From Spirochaetota bacterium (GTDB lineage Bacteria; Spirochaetota; UBA4802; UBA5550), in the NCBI GenBank assembly GCA_963663865.1, contig OY760686.1:1056001-1120000 (forward strand): a stretch of 64,000 nucleotides of DNA. Direction: 5' to 3'. Below are positions 27,759-37,964 of this stretch, one piece after another. The translations under genes and the position numbers were made by a program. Numbering within the stretch: the stretch's first letter is position 1; each line of letters begins with the position of its first letter. The notes beneath the pieces were generated by a model, which saw only the letters and a list, made by a program, of their open reading frames with translations, did no database searches and was not told where the DNA came from.

Positions 27759-30700
27759 CTAAATCAAGCGTACGGTTTCTGTCAAACCATAAATGGAATT
27801 TATATATTCGGTTGCCGGACGGTCCCAATAGTAGGCCGACTCTTCGGCATTTGCGTATGCCTGTGCTATCTGTTTCTCAGAGGAAGTTGTAAGGAACTTA
27901 ACAGCTCTGTGCATGGCATCGTAGAAGGCCCAGGAGTGGTAATCGGAAAACAGAAAACCGTTGCCTTTAATATATGCTCCCTCCTGGCGAATCGGGTCAA
28001 CTGTGTCCTTGAGGCCCCCTGTAGCTCTCGCAACAACAAGACAGCCCGCGGCGAAGGCCTCAAGCTGCGAGATGCCGCCGGGTTCATGCATTGAAGGCAT
28101 TAGAAACAGATCGGATGACATCAGCGGGACACAGATGTCCTGAAAGCCTATTGAGACGCTGACTGATTTTGGATAGTAGCCGCCGAGCATATAAAGGCCA
28201 CGGGCAATTTCTTCGCCTCTTCCGTCTCCGGAAGACGGAGCTCCGCCGATGATACCCTGCAGGTTTAGATTTTTGAAAATACCCTCAGACGCTTCAAGAA
28301 GCAGCTGAAAGCCCTTTTGTTCGGAAACTCGGTGAATCATCGTAAACATGATAATGTCAGGGTCGACCGTAAGACCGCGTTCGCATTGCAGCAGCATTTT
28401 GTTCCGAATACGGGATACTTTGCGCCTTCGGGCGGGGTCAGCAACTCTGTCAGGATGATTGGGGCCCTGCAGTATTTCAGGGTAGTGGCCTCTGATTTTA
28501 TCCAGCAGAAGTGGCGATGATTTTATCTCCCGTATGAGATTAGAGTAATTTTTCTCAATAAAGCCTGACTTGTTGAACTGATCCTGAAGCCTTGATTTGA
28601 AATCCTCTCCAATCGCGTTGCTAATTCCAATAACCTCATTCAGGATGCTCTCAAGGCCGTCGCAGGCGAACTCAATCTGTTTCGCGTATGACGGGCTGAC
28701 CGTTATTACTTTGTCAGAGAACCTTATTCCCGCGGCCATACAGTTGATTCTGTCATTGTGATGAGGGTCGGTGAAATCGTTGTATCTCCACGAAGGGAGG
28801 TTGAACAGATTGAAAAGATCAAAGCCGTTTTCATACCGATGGTATGAGTCAAAGTACTGCCATCCTCCGTTGTGAACTATATGAAGAAACTTGTTATGTT
28901 TGAAAGCCCTGCTGCCGCTATAGTAGGAATCGCTCCTCACTATTCCATTAAAAATACCTGCATAGGCATCGTTTGTGAAAGTGAAGTAGGGATTCAGGCC
29001 GAAGAGTACGATAACCTCTGCGCATGCTCTTGAGAATGCGATGCGTCTTCTCATTTTTTCTGACGAGGTTATTCCCCAATACAGCCCGTCGAAAAATTCA
29101 TAGTGATCAAGCAGAAAGTAGTGCACGCCGTCAACAATTCCGTAGTGGACACCCGCCGTATATTCTTCATCCATGATGTAAAACTTTACATTTTTACCTG
29201 TGTATGTAATCTGGTATTTCTCTATTGAGTTCTGCATTTTTCGATTTGAGTTATCAGTCCCAAAGCGGTAGAGCGCTGTTATCACATAGACATTTTCACC
29301 CAATTGGGCCATTTTTCTCGGGAGCTCGTAAACAACATTTGCAAGGCCTCCGCTTTTGGAGAATGGATCCGCCTCTGCAGACATGAAAACAATATTACCA
29401 CGCCTGTTCTCTCTAACAAGATAAGAGGCGATTTCCCGCATCAGATTGTTGCCGGAATTTTCCATATTGTCTTTGTAGTGTTTCAAAACATCAGTGCTGA
29501 TTATTTTGCGACGAAACATATAATAAACAGCACGCTTGATTCCAAGTTTAAGCAATTCACGATGTTTCTCTTTAAATTGCGGGGATAGAGTTTCTGTGAT
29601 AAAATGCTCAATTACTTCATAGCTTTCACATGCTTTACATATTTCATAAAAAGCGAAATTTGATTCTATCTTGTCAGTATCTGAGAGCTCGCAGAGCCTG
29701 TAAAATGAATCAGTAAGAATGGAAAGATAGTTTTCATCAAACTTTGTCCTTTTCATCCTGAAGAGCTTAACTCTGTCAGTAAACGATACTACCGTGTTAA
29801 GCTTTGATGCCTTGAGCTCTTTTCCGGTATAATAACCGTATCTTCCGGTTGTTTTTGAGTAGACAGTATCTTCAAGGATGTAGCAGTCATCATCGTTGAT
29901 TGGAAGAGATGGATTGTCAAACTGAAGCGTAATATTCTGAGTCGATTCCGAAAAGTTAAACGCGCCAATGTAAACGTCGTTTCGGCAGAACTTCATCGCG
30001 GCGGCTACCATGTTGTTGCCGGCCCATATCATGTAGCCTTTTCCGCGGGCAGTTCTGTGGAATTTATACCATGTCCTGTAGAACGGGTCGACGCTTCTAT
30101 GAGCGGCATACTCGAACTGGTTCCAGTTGACATATATGTTGTCGAGGTAAACCTTCCAGCTTTCGCCTTCAGCGGAACCCTCATAGTCCATTATTATATT
30201 GCTCATGAATGATGTTAGGCCGATACATGCTCTCAGTCCTCTCAGGCCGAAGGTGTTAAGGGCGCGCCTTTCATCGTGATTTCCGAATATGCCAAGGAAT
30301 TCGGCTCCAGGAGGCAGTACTGACGGGAAGTAGTTGTCAAAGAGATGATATATCTCGCGGACATCTGTTTTGCCGTGCACAATGTTTTCACATATCTTGA
30401 AGAGGGACGAGTTGTAAGGAATTAGGCCGCTTCGCGTCAGATATTTCTCGTGGCCCCAGTAGCATTCCGCAATATTTATAAAAAAGTTTTTCTTTTTGTC
30501 GCGCAGCTTTCGTTCTATTCCCTGCATCATGTATTGATGGAATGGAACGGCAATCCTTTCGCGGCACTCGCTGTCATAGTAGCCGGTAGTCAGGTAATGC
30601 CCGTATTCCCTGTCGTTGACTATTATTGTGCCCTCGACCATATCGTCAATACTGCGTTTGTGGCTGTAGTGTTTGAGTGTGTTGTTCTTCTTCATCATTA

Positions 30701-32615
30701 TTGGAACAGCATGGGCTGAGTCAAACCTGATTCCGTCGATTTCGAATGCATCAATCAGGGTTCTTACCGAATCGGTAACCCACTTCCAGACCTCAAACTT
30801 CCTGTAGTTCAGAAGCTTCCCGTCATTCCACGAGCCGTACCTTCCGTCTGTTGAAGCGCGTAAAACAAGGTTCCCGTCCGCGTCATAGGTCTGCACGGCC
30901 AGCTCATCGGGGAGATGGGAGCTTCTTCTGTTAATATGCGGGACGACGTCGATAATTATCTTTATGCCAAGGGAATGGGCCTTACTGATAAGCTTTCGGA
31001 ATTCATTTTCACCGCCGAGTGACGGTTCAATATCTATTAGGCTCATTGGAGAAAAGGGAGAGGGCGAACTTGCTTCAGGAGCCCAATCTTCCCGGTTGGA
31101 GCCCCGTTTCTGAGCTCCTAACAGATATATGGATGTTATGTAGTACTTCTCACGTATATCTTCAAGGTGTGCTGTAATATCGGAAAAATTGCCAAGCCTG
31201 ATGACCTCTCCATTCTCGTTATAGAGAAGCCCGGGATGTCCATCGTCGGAATGCCAGTAGGCCTTCGTGTGACCGTGAATATCTGTGAAAATTTCAAGGA
31301 TGATCTCTCCTCTGACATCGGGCAATACATTTACTCTTCCGCTTGAGCCGTCTTCATTGATCCATTCGCTGTTTCTGTTTTTCTTCCTGACTACAGTATA
31401 ATCGTATTGCCCGGTCTTTTTGAATGTATAAGTGCAGAAGAAATTACCATTCTTTCTGCTGTGCTTCAGTGGTATTTCCTCAAACTGAATGTACTTTTCT
31501 GTGAAGATGTCATCTTTTGAGCCGTTGGTGTATACTCTCAAAAAGTATTTGTATTTGGATGAAACGGGCAGAACAAATTCAAAGTGATGTGATGATCCGG
31601 TAAGCGTAGTCATAAAACTTGTAGCAAGAGGGGCATCGTATTCTTTCGGTGCGAATATCCTCTCCAGGATAATGTTGGCTCTGTTTCGAACCTCGTGAAT
31701 ATCGTGGCCTGAGGCAGCGACGAGTATTTTTATAACTTCGGTAAGCGATTTAAGATCGCTGTCTGCTTTGTATCGTCTTGCCATCGACTCAATTGTCTTA
31801 ATGGATTTGAGACATGTCTCATGGTCGAAGTTGAGCTCATCCTTTTTTGGCCGGGCGTTAAGCATTTTCAGCAGCGTGTGCCGGGTGTGTGAAGTAAAAG
31901 GCAGCGCTGGTTCTCTTGAGGGCTTTTCAGGCATCGCTTCTGTTAGATACCTGACGTATTCGATTACTGAATCGGTAAGAAGGTTAAGTCCCCTTGAAAC
32001 GTTTGCCGGATGCGCCTCTGAGTGGACGAATCCTGTCTGTATTGCCCGTTCTTCAACCATTATAAGCATCTTGAAAGCGTCCTCAAGCTGGCTTCCCCCC
32101 CGTTCAGCTTCGGAGTAAACCGCGAGACAGGTATTAAGGCCTATATATATGGTTGGAATCTCTTTCCATGTCGGACCATGTCCTATCTTGGCAAGGACGG
32201 TCGATTCGTCGGAAATGTGATAAAAGGTAGGCACTCCTGGATTCTCTCTAATAATTACAAAGCGCCTTGCGGAAGCGGTATCGCCAAGGCGGCAAGTCGC
32301 AAGCGCCCTGTGGAGAAGCGCAACGCTTTTAGTCAGCTGAGATGTGAGTTCGGCGCTCTGTGTGAGACGGCTGAGGATGGTCTGGTCGCTGCCGGCGATC
32401 GCATTGTACGAGTTGTTTACAATCTGTAGGATATCGCTTTCAGAAGGCGTATTGCCGGATTTGATATTCTCAATAATTCCCCTGTCAGGATAGATTTCAA
32501 ACGCCCTGTCTTCCATAAAAGCGATGTTGATGGCAGATTTGATGAGCTCATCTGACATCATGTGCTCTTCTTCAATCTTGTAGCGGCCAATACTTTTGAC
32601 AGGTATATTTTTCAT
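27759..32615 (-). CDS. Large GH13 alpha-amylase-family / GT5 glycogen(starch) synthase fusion protein
   Basis: GH13 regions IIDVVPH, GIRFDSAH, IAECY, GNHDE; GT5 motifs AEADPFSKSGGLANV, HRVSEQKG, MPSMHEPGGISQLEA, ATGGLKDTV. Confidence 0.85.
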   Translation of the reverse strand: MKNIPVKSIGRYKIEEEHMMSDELIKSAINIAFMEDRAFEIYPDRGIIENIKSGNTPSESDILQIVNNSYNAIAGSDQTILSRLTQSAELTSQLTKSVALLHRALATCRLGDTASARRFVIIRENPGVPTFYHISDESTVLAKIGHGPTWKEIPTIYIGLNTCLAVYSEAERGGSQLEDAFKMLIMVEERAIQTGFVHSEAHPANVSRGLNLLTDSVIEYVRYLTEAMPEKPSREPALPFTSHTRHTLLKMLNARPKKDELNFDHETCLKSIKTIESMARRYKADSDLKSLTEVIKILVAASGHDIHEVRNRANIILERIFAPKEYDAPLATSFMTTLTGSSHHFEFVLPVSSKYKYFLRVYTNGSKDDIFTEKYIQFEEIPLKHSRKNGNFFCTYTFKKTGQYDYTVVRKKNRNSEWINEDGSSGRVNVLPDVRGEIILEIFTDIHGHTKAYWHSDDGHPGLLYNENGEVIRLGNFSDITAHLEDIREKYYITSIYLLGAQKRGSNREDWAPEASSPSPFSPMSLIDIEPSLGGENEFRKLISKAHSLGIKIIIDVVPHINRRSSHLPDELAVQTYDADGNLVLRASTDGRYGSWNDGKLLNYRKFEVWKWVTDSVRTLIDAFEIDGIRFDSAHAVPIMMKKNNTLKHYSHKRSIDDMVEGTIIVNDREYGHYLTTGYYDSECRERIAVPFHQYMMQGIERKLRDKKKNFFINIAECYWGHEKYLTRSGLIPYNSSLFKICENIVHGKTDVREIYHLFDNYFPSVLPPGAEFLGIFGNHDERRALNTFGLRGLRACIGLTSFMSNIIMDYEGSAEGESWKVYLDNIYVNWNQFEYAAHRSVDPFYRTWYKFHRTARGKGYMIWAGNNMVAAAMKFCRNDVYIGAFNFSESTQNITLQFDNPSLPINDDDCYILEDTVYSKTTGRYGYYTGKELKASKLNTVVSFTDRVKLFRMKRTKFDENYLSILTDSFYRLCELSDTDKIESNFAFYEICKACESYEVIEHFITETLSPQFKEKHRELLKLGIKRAVYYMFRRKIISTDVLKHYKDNMENSGNNLMREIASYLVRENRRGNIVFMSAEADPFSKSGGLANVVYELPRKMAQLGENVYVITALYRFGTDNSNRKMQNSIEKYQITYTGKNVKFYIMDEEYTAGVHYGIVDGVHYFLLDHYEFFDGLYWGITSSEKMRRRIAFSRACAEVIVLFGLNPYFTFTNDAYAGIFNGIVRSDSYYSGSRAFKHNKFLHIVHNGGWQYFDSYHRYENGFDLFNLFNLPSWRYNDFTDPHHNDRINCMAAGIRFSDKVITVSPSYAKQIEFACDGLESILNEVIGISNAIGEDFKSRLQDQFNKSGFIEKNYSNLIREIKSSPLLLDKIRGHYPEILQGPNHPDRVADPARRRKVSRIRNKMLLQCERGLTVDPDIIMFTMIHRVSEQKGFQLLLEASEGIFKNLNLQGIIGGAPSSGDGRGEEIARGLYMLGGYYPKSVSVSIGFQDICVPLMSSDLFLMPSMHEPGGISQLEAFAAGCLVVARATGGLKDTVDPIRQEGAYIKGNGFLFSDYHSWAFYDAMHRAVKFLTTSSEKQIAQAYANAEESAYYWDRPATEYINSIYGLTETVRLI

Positions 32616-32792
32616 TTGACAGACTCCGGCAAATACAATTTTCTGATAAAACACAAGCTGTCTAGTTTACAACGTAAACGGCTAATGTGCAAATAAAATA
32701 TATCAGCCGGATGAAAATAACTCCGCAAGTGAGGGGTAAAGCATTCGGTTTGCTGCATCATTTATGAACAATCACTTAAACGGAACTCTACG

Positions 32793-33140
32793 ATGGATTA
32801 CATTATCGGTCTCATAACCGCCAACACCCTGACGCTGCTTGCGGCTATTATAATAGGCCTCATGGTTTTTCTGGCTATAGTAAAGAGGTTTATAAGGCTA
32901 TTTGCTGTAGCTGTGTTTATACTTCTATGCTACGCGGGATATCTTTACTACACAGGGCAGAAGGTCCCTGTCACAAAGGAAGAGATTCTTGAACACGGCT
33001 CTGAAAAGCTTCAGGAATACAGGGTTAAAGAAAAGGCTGACAGGGCGGCTGGCGAAATTCGAAGCGGTGTCAGAGAGGCTGTTAAGGACGAGGTAAAAAA
33101 AGAGGTCAAGAAGGAGCTGGGTTCAGCTAAAGGTGAATGA
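32793..33140 (+). CDS. Small membrane protein, hypothetical
   Basis: Two TM helices followed by a charged helical tail. Confidence 0.65.
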   Translation: MDYIIGLITANTLTLLAAIIIGLMVFLAIVKRFIRLFAVAVFILLCYAGYLYYTGQKVPVTKEEILEHGSEKLQEYRVKEKADRAAGEIRSGVREAVKDEVKKEVKKELGSAKGE

Positions 33141-33151
33141 AAATCGCCTGA

Positions 33152-34414
33152 TCAATCTGCTGACTGTTCAAGCCAGACTTTCATCGCCCGCGAATAGTAT
33201 TCTAAAGGTGGCGCGGTGACTTCAAGTTTTTTTATCAGTACCTTGCGGGCCCACCTTCTTTCAGCGTATTCACAGAAATCCTTGATGTTCCTGCCTGACA
33301 TTCCATCAGCTGCTTCTCCGAGAACGGCGGTTTCTTCGGGGCTCAGTTGGGACGCGTAATTAGCGAAGATCGATGAACGCTCGCGGGCGTTGGGAAGCGG
33401 GAATCTTATGGACTGGTCAAAACGGCTTATAAGCGCGTGATCAAGGTCGTTCTTTCTGTTTGTCGCGCCGATTGTTATGGAATTTGTGGCTGCGTCAATT
33501 CCGTCAAGCTTTCTTAGAAGTACAGACAGGATGCGCCTCGTGGCTTCGAACATGTTCTGGTCCCGGGAACCGGCGAGAGAGTCAATTTCATCAAGGAATA
33601 GTATGGCTCCCCCCATCTCCTCACACGATTCAAAGATGGCCGCAAGATTCTGTGATGACTGGCCGAACCACTTTGACATTATCGATTCTATGGGGACGTA
33701 CACGAGGGGGATGTTGACCTCTCCCGCTATAAGACGCGCTATGGTAGTCTTTCCTACTCCGGGAGGCCCCTCGAAGAGAATGGCCCTGGGCCTGTTGGAT
33801 TCAAATGTTTTTCTGGTCATTCTGGCGATGGCGTCGTAAATGTCCGGGTTTTTAAGCGGCAGAATGATTGATTCTCTGATGTTGCGTTTCACCTCTTCGT
33901 AGCCGGCGATGTAATCCCAGCCCGGCCCGTTTTCTGGAGAAATGAGCGATGCCCCCAGCTTTTTAAGCTTAAGTACCGGATTTTCCCCATGCCCGGAATA
34001 GCAGTTCTTGTATATCTCTATTGCGGTATTGAGCTCTTCCTGTGTCAGGTTGCCTTTTTTCGATATTTCAACCCTCGAGTTAATCAGGCTGAAAAATTCA
34101 AACTTGATATTTTCGAGCATATTCTCGGTTTTGAACATATTCCTGTTGAGTGCCTGAAAAGCGTAGTGTCCGTCGCCGTATGTGCTTATTCTGATATTCT
34201 CGATGTGTTTTTTTATGACGACGGTACAGCCGTAAAGGGTTGTCTCGTTGAGCTGCGGAATTTTAAAGGAAATCAGGGTGGATCCCTTTTCAAAGGAAAC
34301 ACTCGGGACGTCCGCCATCTCGCCTGAAGGTATGGACATTGTATGGGAAGAAAGCTCACGGTCAAACTGTGCTTTCATTCTGTCGTATGGTATCAGTGTT
34401 TCTTCAGCCGGCAT
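33152..34414 (-). CDS. AAA+ ATPase (single module)
   Basis: Walker A GPPGVGKT, Walker B LFLDEID, SRH GATNRKNDLDHALISRF. Confidence 0.9.
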   Translation of the reverse strand: MPAEETLIPYDRMKAQFDRELSSHTMSIPSGEMADVPSVSFEKGSTLISFKIPQLNETTLYGCTVVIKKHIENIRISTYGDGHYAFQALNRNMFKTENMLENIKFEFFSLINSRVEISKKGNLTQEELNTAIEIYKNCYSGHGENPVLKLKKLGASLISPENGPGWDYIAGYEEVKRNIRESIILPLKNPDIYDAIARMTRKTFESNRPRAILFEGPPGVGKTTIARLIAGEVNIPLVYVPIESIMSKWFGQSSQNLAAIFESCEEMGGAILFLDEIDSLAGSRDQNMFEATRRILSVLLRKLDGIDAATNSITIGATNRKNDLDHALISRFDQSIRFPLPNARERSSIFANYASQLSPEETAVLGEAADGMSGRNIKDFCEYAERRWARKVLIKKLEVTAPPLEYYSRAMKVWLEQSAD

Positions 34415-35076
34415 CAGCCCTCAAGCCCCGGTATTCCATGGAGTGTTATTCTTTCAGGGGGATCGCGGCGTTCAAAGTCAATAATCAGCGTATCCCGTTT
34501 TTTTTCGATTTTTGAGGTAAAGTCATAATTCCATTCAATTTTTATAACAGTAAGATATAGCTTTCTGCCGGCAACATCGTTGATATCAATGAGTGATTCA
34601 CTCTTGTCATAGATGCTGAAGCCTGTTACGCGTCTTTTGCATGTTATTACGCCCTGAGCGTCCGTCCTGACCGAGCTGAAACGGTGATCATCGTCTTTGG
34701 TGTAATACCAGTACGAAGGGGAGTTGTCCGATATTGTCAGAGCTTCATCCTGATTAAAAAGCCCCTCCGCGATGATTGCGCCTTTGAAACCGTTGATTTC
34801 CTTTTCAGGAACGCCGTTTCGAGCCGGTGTAAGGCTGCTTTCGTTGAATGAGGCGTTTATGAATACACCGCCGGGGCGGTCAAATTTAATGATGATGCTA
34901 AACGGAGATTTCGAAAGGCTGACAGCGCCGTTTGCCGGCTGAATCAAAATATCATTTTGCTCAATCTCAAGTGTAAATTCATCGAACTGTGAATCGCGTA
35001 TTAATTCTCTGTTCCCGCCGCAGCTCAATAGAGCAAAAAGTAAAAAGGCAGCGGCAGTCAGTGTGATATTTCTCAT
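34414..35076 (-). CDS. Hypothetical lipoprotein
   Basis: Lipobox LLSC; translationally coupled to the AAA ATPase. Confidence 0.7.
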   Translation of the reverse strand: MRNITLTAAAFLLFALLSCGGNRELIRDSQFDEFTLEIEQNDILIQPANGAVSLSKSPFSIIIKFDRPGGVFINASFNESSLTPARNGVPEKEINGFKGAIIAEGLFNQDEALTISDNSPSYWYYTKDDDHRFSSVRTDAQGVITCKRRVTGFSIYDKSESLIDINDVAGRKLYLTVIKIEWNYDFTSKIEKKRDTLIIDFERRDPPERITLHGIPGLEG

Positions 35077-35139
35077 ATGTGAAGAACCCGGGTAATGCGT
35101 AATAGTCTTATTCCTGAAAAAGGAGAGAAGTTATTGTGA

Positions 35140-35679
35140 TTACTGTTTCCCGGTTCTGTCAATACACTTTTTAAAAATGCGTCTGAAGACGGCCTTAATG
35201 CCCGCTATAATGATAATCGCGCTTACAAGTCCGGAAAGAGAGTAAACAAGGCCTTCAGTTGTAAGCGGAAAGCCGGGTACAAAATTCTGAAGAGTCGATT
35301 TCAGTATGTCCGGATAGATGTTAGCAAGAAAAGTGGTGAATTTGCTCAAGCCCTCTGAAGCTGACAGCTCCTTTAGAGCGGAGGATATTTCGGCAAGCCT
35401 CTCGACGTTAGCGCTCATGTCCTTTCCGGTCAAAATGAAATCTGTGACCCCGGAGTCAAGAAACACCCTGATATATGATGACAGATCCTTGCCGCTTGCC
35501 GAGGCAGCATCGCGGTACTGCTGAACGACACGGCTCAGTTCGTCGACATGGCCGCCGAGCCTCTGAATGTACTGGGCTATGAGCTGCGGAATCTGGGCGG
35601 CTATTACAGCGCCTGCTGCGGCAGCTGCCCTGTCGGCTATTGTACCCAGGAACCTTATCGGCGCCGTAATCTTCCGCAT
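35140..35679 (-). CDS. DUF2937 family protein
   Basis: AQIPQLIAQYIQRLGGHVDEL and PGFPLT.EGLVY motifs. Confidence 0.75.
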   Translation of the reverse strand: MRKITAPIRFLGTIADRAAAAAGAVIAAQIPQLIAQYIQRLGGHVDELSRVVQQYRDAASASGKDLSSYIRVFLDSGVTDFILTGKDMSANVERLAEISSALKELSASEGLSKFTTFLANIYPDILKSTLQNFVPGFPLTTEGLVYSLSGLVSAIIIIAGIKAVFRRIFKKCIDRTGKQ

Positions 35680-35696
35680 AGCTGTTCCTCGCATAC

Positions 35697-36110
35697 TCAT
35701 ACAGTCAAACTGCCGAAATTCGCCATGTTTTCTGAATCCATTACGCATACGGCTTCAATGCCGCCCCTGATATTGTAAACGGTCTTTACTGACAGCCTGG
35801 CCGGCTTGAGGCTTGCCGCCAGGTCTTTGAAAATGCGGTCGGTGGCGGCTTCCTGATATATCCCGGCGTCCCTGTACGAAATAAAGTAGTATTTGAGTGA
35901 TTTAAGCTCAACAATCGCCCTGCCAGGGACGTAAACTATCTCGACCCTTGCTATATCCGGCAGCCCGGAAAATGGGCAAACCGCGCTGAACTCTTCTGTT
36001 ATGTATGTTATCTCCTGGGGCAAACCATTGTAGGGAATTGTCTCAAGAAAGTCGGCTCTTATGCAGCCTTCGTCTTTGAATTCGAATATTCTTCCTTCGG
36101 GTACTGGCAT
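35697..36110 (-). CDS. queF: NADPH-dependent preQ0 reductase (7-cyano-7-deazaguanine reductase)
   Basis: [13 protein letters not shown], QueF motif [12 protein letters not shown]. Confidence 0.92.
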   Translation of the reverse strand: MPVPEGRIFEFKDEGCIRADFLETIPYNGLPQEITYITEEFSAVCPFSGLPDIARVEIVYVPGRAIVELKSLKYYFISYRDAGIYQEAATDRIFKDLAASLKPARLSVKTVYNIRGGIEAVCVMDSENMANFGSLTV

Positions 36111-36140
36111 TGTTTTCTCCGGTTTGGGTATGCTGGTGTA

Positions 36141-36743
36141 TTAGTGAGAATTATGATCTTCGGAGATTTCTCCGAAGGTTACCGTCCTGTCTTCCGCTAC
36201 GGAAATAGAAAGGCCGCAGTCCGGGCACATGAAGTCACCATCCTCCCTTATCTTAATAAGGGCTCCGCAGCGGGGACATTCCACAATAAAGGGGGGGATA
36301 TATTCACTGACAGCCGGCTCTTCTGTTTTGGTTTCAGCTGTGTCAGGTTCGGGTTCTACTGTATCTGTCGGCTGAAAGGTCACGGAGATTTCGGAATGAG
36401 TATCGGCAGCTTCAATCGCTTCAACTCTGCTGGACGCTGTCTTAAGTATCCCGTCAAATCCGAGTGCTGAGAACAGCGATGTAATCTCCGGGTTAAGTGA
36501 AAAGAGGATAAAGCAGCCTCCCGCCTGGGTGATCCGCCTTTCCAGATATAGCAGCAGGCCGATTCCCGCTGAGCTGAAGAACTCAATGCCTTCCGCGTCG
36601 AGAAGAATCGAAACGGCTCCGTCATCCGAAAGGGTGCTTATGTATGCGTCAAGATCGGGAGCGCTCCCGCTGTTAATTGGACCTGCCGGTTTGACAATCG
36701 CGGCTGTCCCGTCCAGGATGAGCATGTGGCTTATCTCTGTCAT
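36141..36743 (-). CDS. STAS (anti-sigma factor antagonist) domain plus C-terminal zinc ribbon
   Basis: IEFFSSAGIGLL phospho-Ser motif; CPRC...CPDC. Confidence 0.8.
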   Translation of the reverse strand: MTEISHMLILDGTAAIVKPAGPINSGSAPDLDAYISTLSDDGAVSILLDAEGIEFFSSAGIGLLLYLERRITQAGGCFILFSLNPEITSLFSALGFDGILKTASSRVEAIEAADTHSEISVTFQPTDTVEPEPDTAETKTEEPAVSEYIPPFIVECPRCGALIKIREDGDFMCPDCGLSISVAEDRTVTFGEISEDHNSH

Positions 36744-37801
36744 TATATCCTCTCAATTTTACGCCCTGCCGGGATGGGATCCTTGACCTTTTTTTCCTGC
36801 TTCCCGTTTCTGTCCCGGCGGCTGACAAGGCTGCCGTGCGGAACGGGCTCTGCGCAGCCGGATTCATCGGAATCTTCCAGCCGGAGCCTGTCAAGTTCAA
36901 TCGTAATGGAACCGTCCGGCTTTTCGATTATCCTTACTTCTCGGGCTTCCCGCGGGACAGGGCGAAAGGTTTCACGCGCCGGTGCGGGCACTGGCTCAGC
37001 TTCGTGTTCCGCGGCCGGGGTTTTTATCTCCGGAAGCTCATCGGTATCAATAAAAGCTGATCTTTGCCGGATAGACCTGTATCTAAGGAATACGAATATG
37101 GAAAGAAGGAGAGCTACAAGAGCTGAGCCCGAAGCGCATAATATAAGGTTCCTTTTGAGAACAGGAATCTGTTCCAGCAGGTAGTCCGAAATCTGTTTTT
37201 TGCTGATGATGAGGCTTACGGTCCCAACGGGTTCGCCCCTGTTGTAAACAGCCCGGCTTGCGATCCATGCCGTGCTTTTAATCCCCGAATACATGTATTG
37301 AGATATGTAATTTCTTATTTCGGGAGTGAACGCCGGTTTTCCGGTTATCAGGTTGTAGTCAGTAAAGAGGGTTTCGGCTTTGCCTTCCTTCGAGCAGGCA
37401 AGAATGAGGTCCATGTTGAAGTATATCCTGTCGTTGAGGATGTTGCCTTTTGCGGCCCTTACGGGCTCGCTGTCAATGGAAGAGATAATTGTGCCGTCGT
37501 TGAGAACGAAAAGCGCCTCTGCGGCCGAGAGGCCATCAAGCCTTCCCTTGAAAAGAGATGAAACCTTCCCCGGCTTTTTAGGGTCGTAGGAGAGCGAGGC
37601 TATATCCGCAAGGGATGAAGCCGCAGAAGAATACCGATTTTTGATGTAGTCTGTGGTTTTTTCAAGCTCATTCTTAACGGAGCTGTAGGTGAAGTAGCCT
37701 GTAAGCCCGGCGGAAACGCAGAGCTGAACCGTAAATACGAGAAGGAATATTCCGAATGGGAAAATACTTTTCCTGCTTTTGGGTATCTGTTTTTCTGTCA
37801 T
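36743..37801 (-). CDS. Two-TM membrane protein with an extracytoplasmic Cache/PAS-like domain and disordered C-tail
   Basis: TM1 near the N-terminus, ALFVLNDGTII and VYNRGEPVGTVSLII strands, TM2, no recognisable output domain. Confidence 0.55.
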   Translation of the reverse strand: MTEKQIPKSRKSIFPFGIFLLVFTVQLCVSAGLTGYFTYSSVKNELEKTTDYIKNRYSSAASSLADIASLSYDPKKPGKVSSLFKGRLDGLSAAEALFVLNDGTIISSIDSEPVRAAKGNILNDRIYFNMDLILACSKEGKAETLFTDYNLITGKPAFTPEIRNYISQYMYSGIKSTAWIASRAVYNRGEPVGTVSLIISKKQISDYLLEQIPVLKRNLILCASGSALVALLLSIFVFLRYRSIRQRSAFIDTDELPEIKTPAAEHEAEPVPAPARETFRPVPREAREVRIIEKPDGSITIELDRLRLEDSDESGCAEPVPHGSLVSRRDRNGKQEKKVKDPIPAGRKIERI

Positions 37802-37964
37802 ATTATTATTGCCGATTATAAAGTTTGCGTATACGCAGATTATCGGTTCAAATAGGTGTTGTGCTGACTAAAAAATGCGTTTCCAGTCGGTTATAACCTT
37901 TTCAGGAAGAGAGACAGAATTGAGTGAAGAAATCAAGAGCTTTTCAAAACAGCCGGAGGTCGTG

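Noticed and set aside
36111-36140. preQ1 riboswitch upstream of queF
   Set aside because: Only 30 bp of intergenic sequence and no preQ1 consensus
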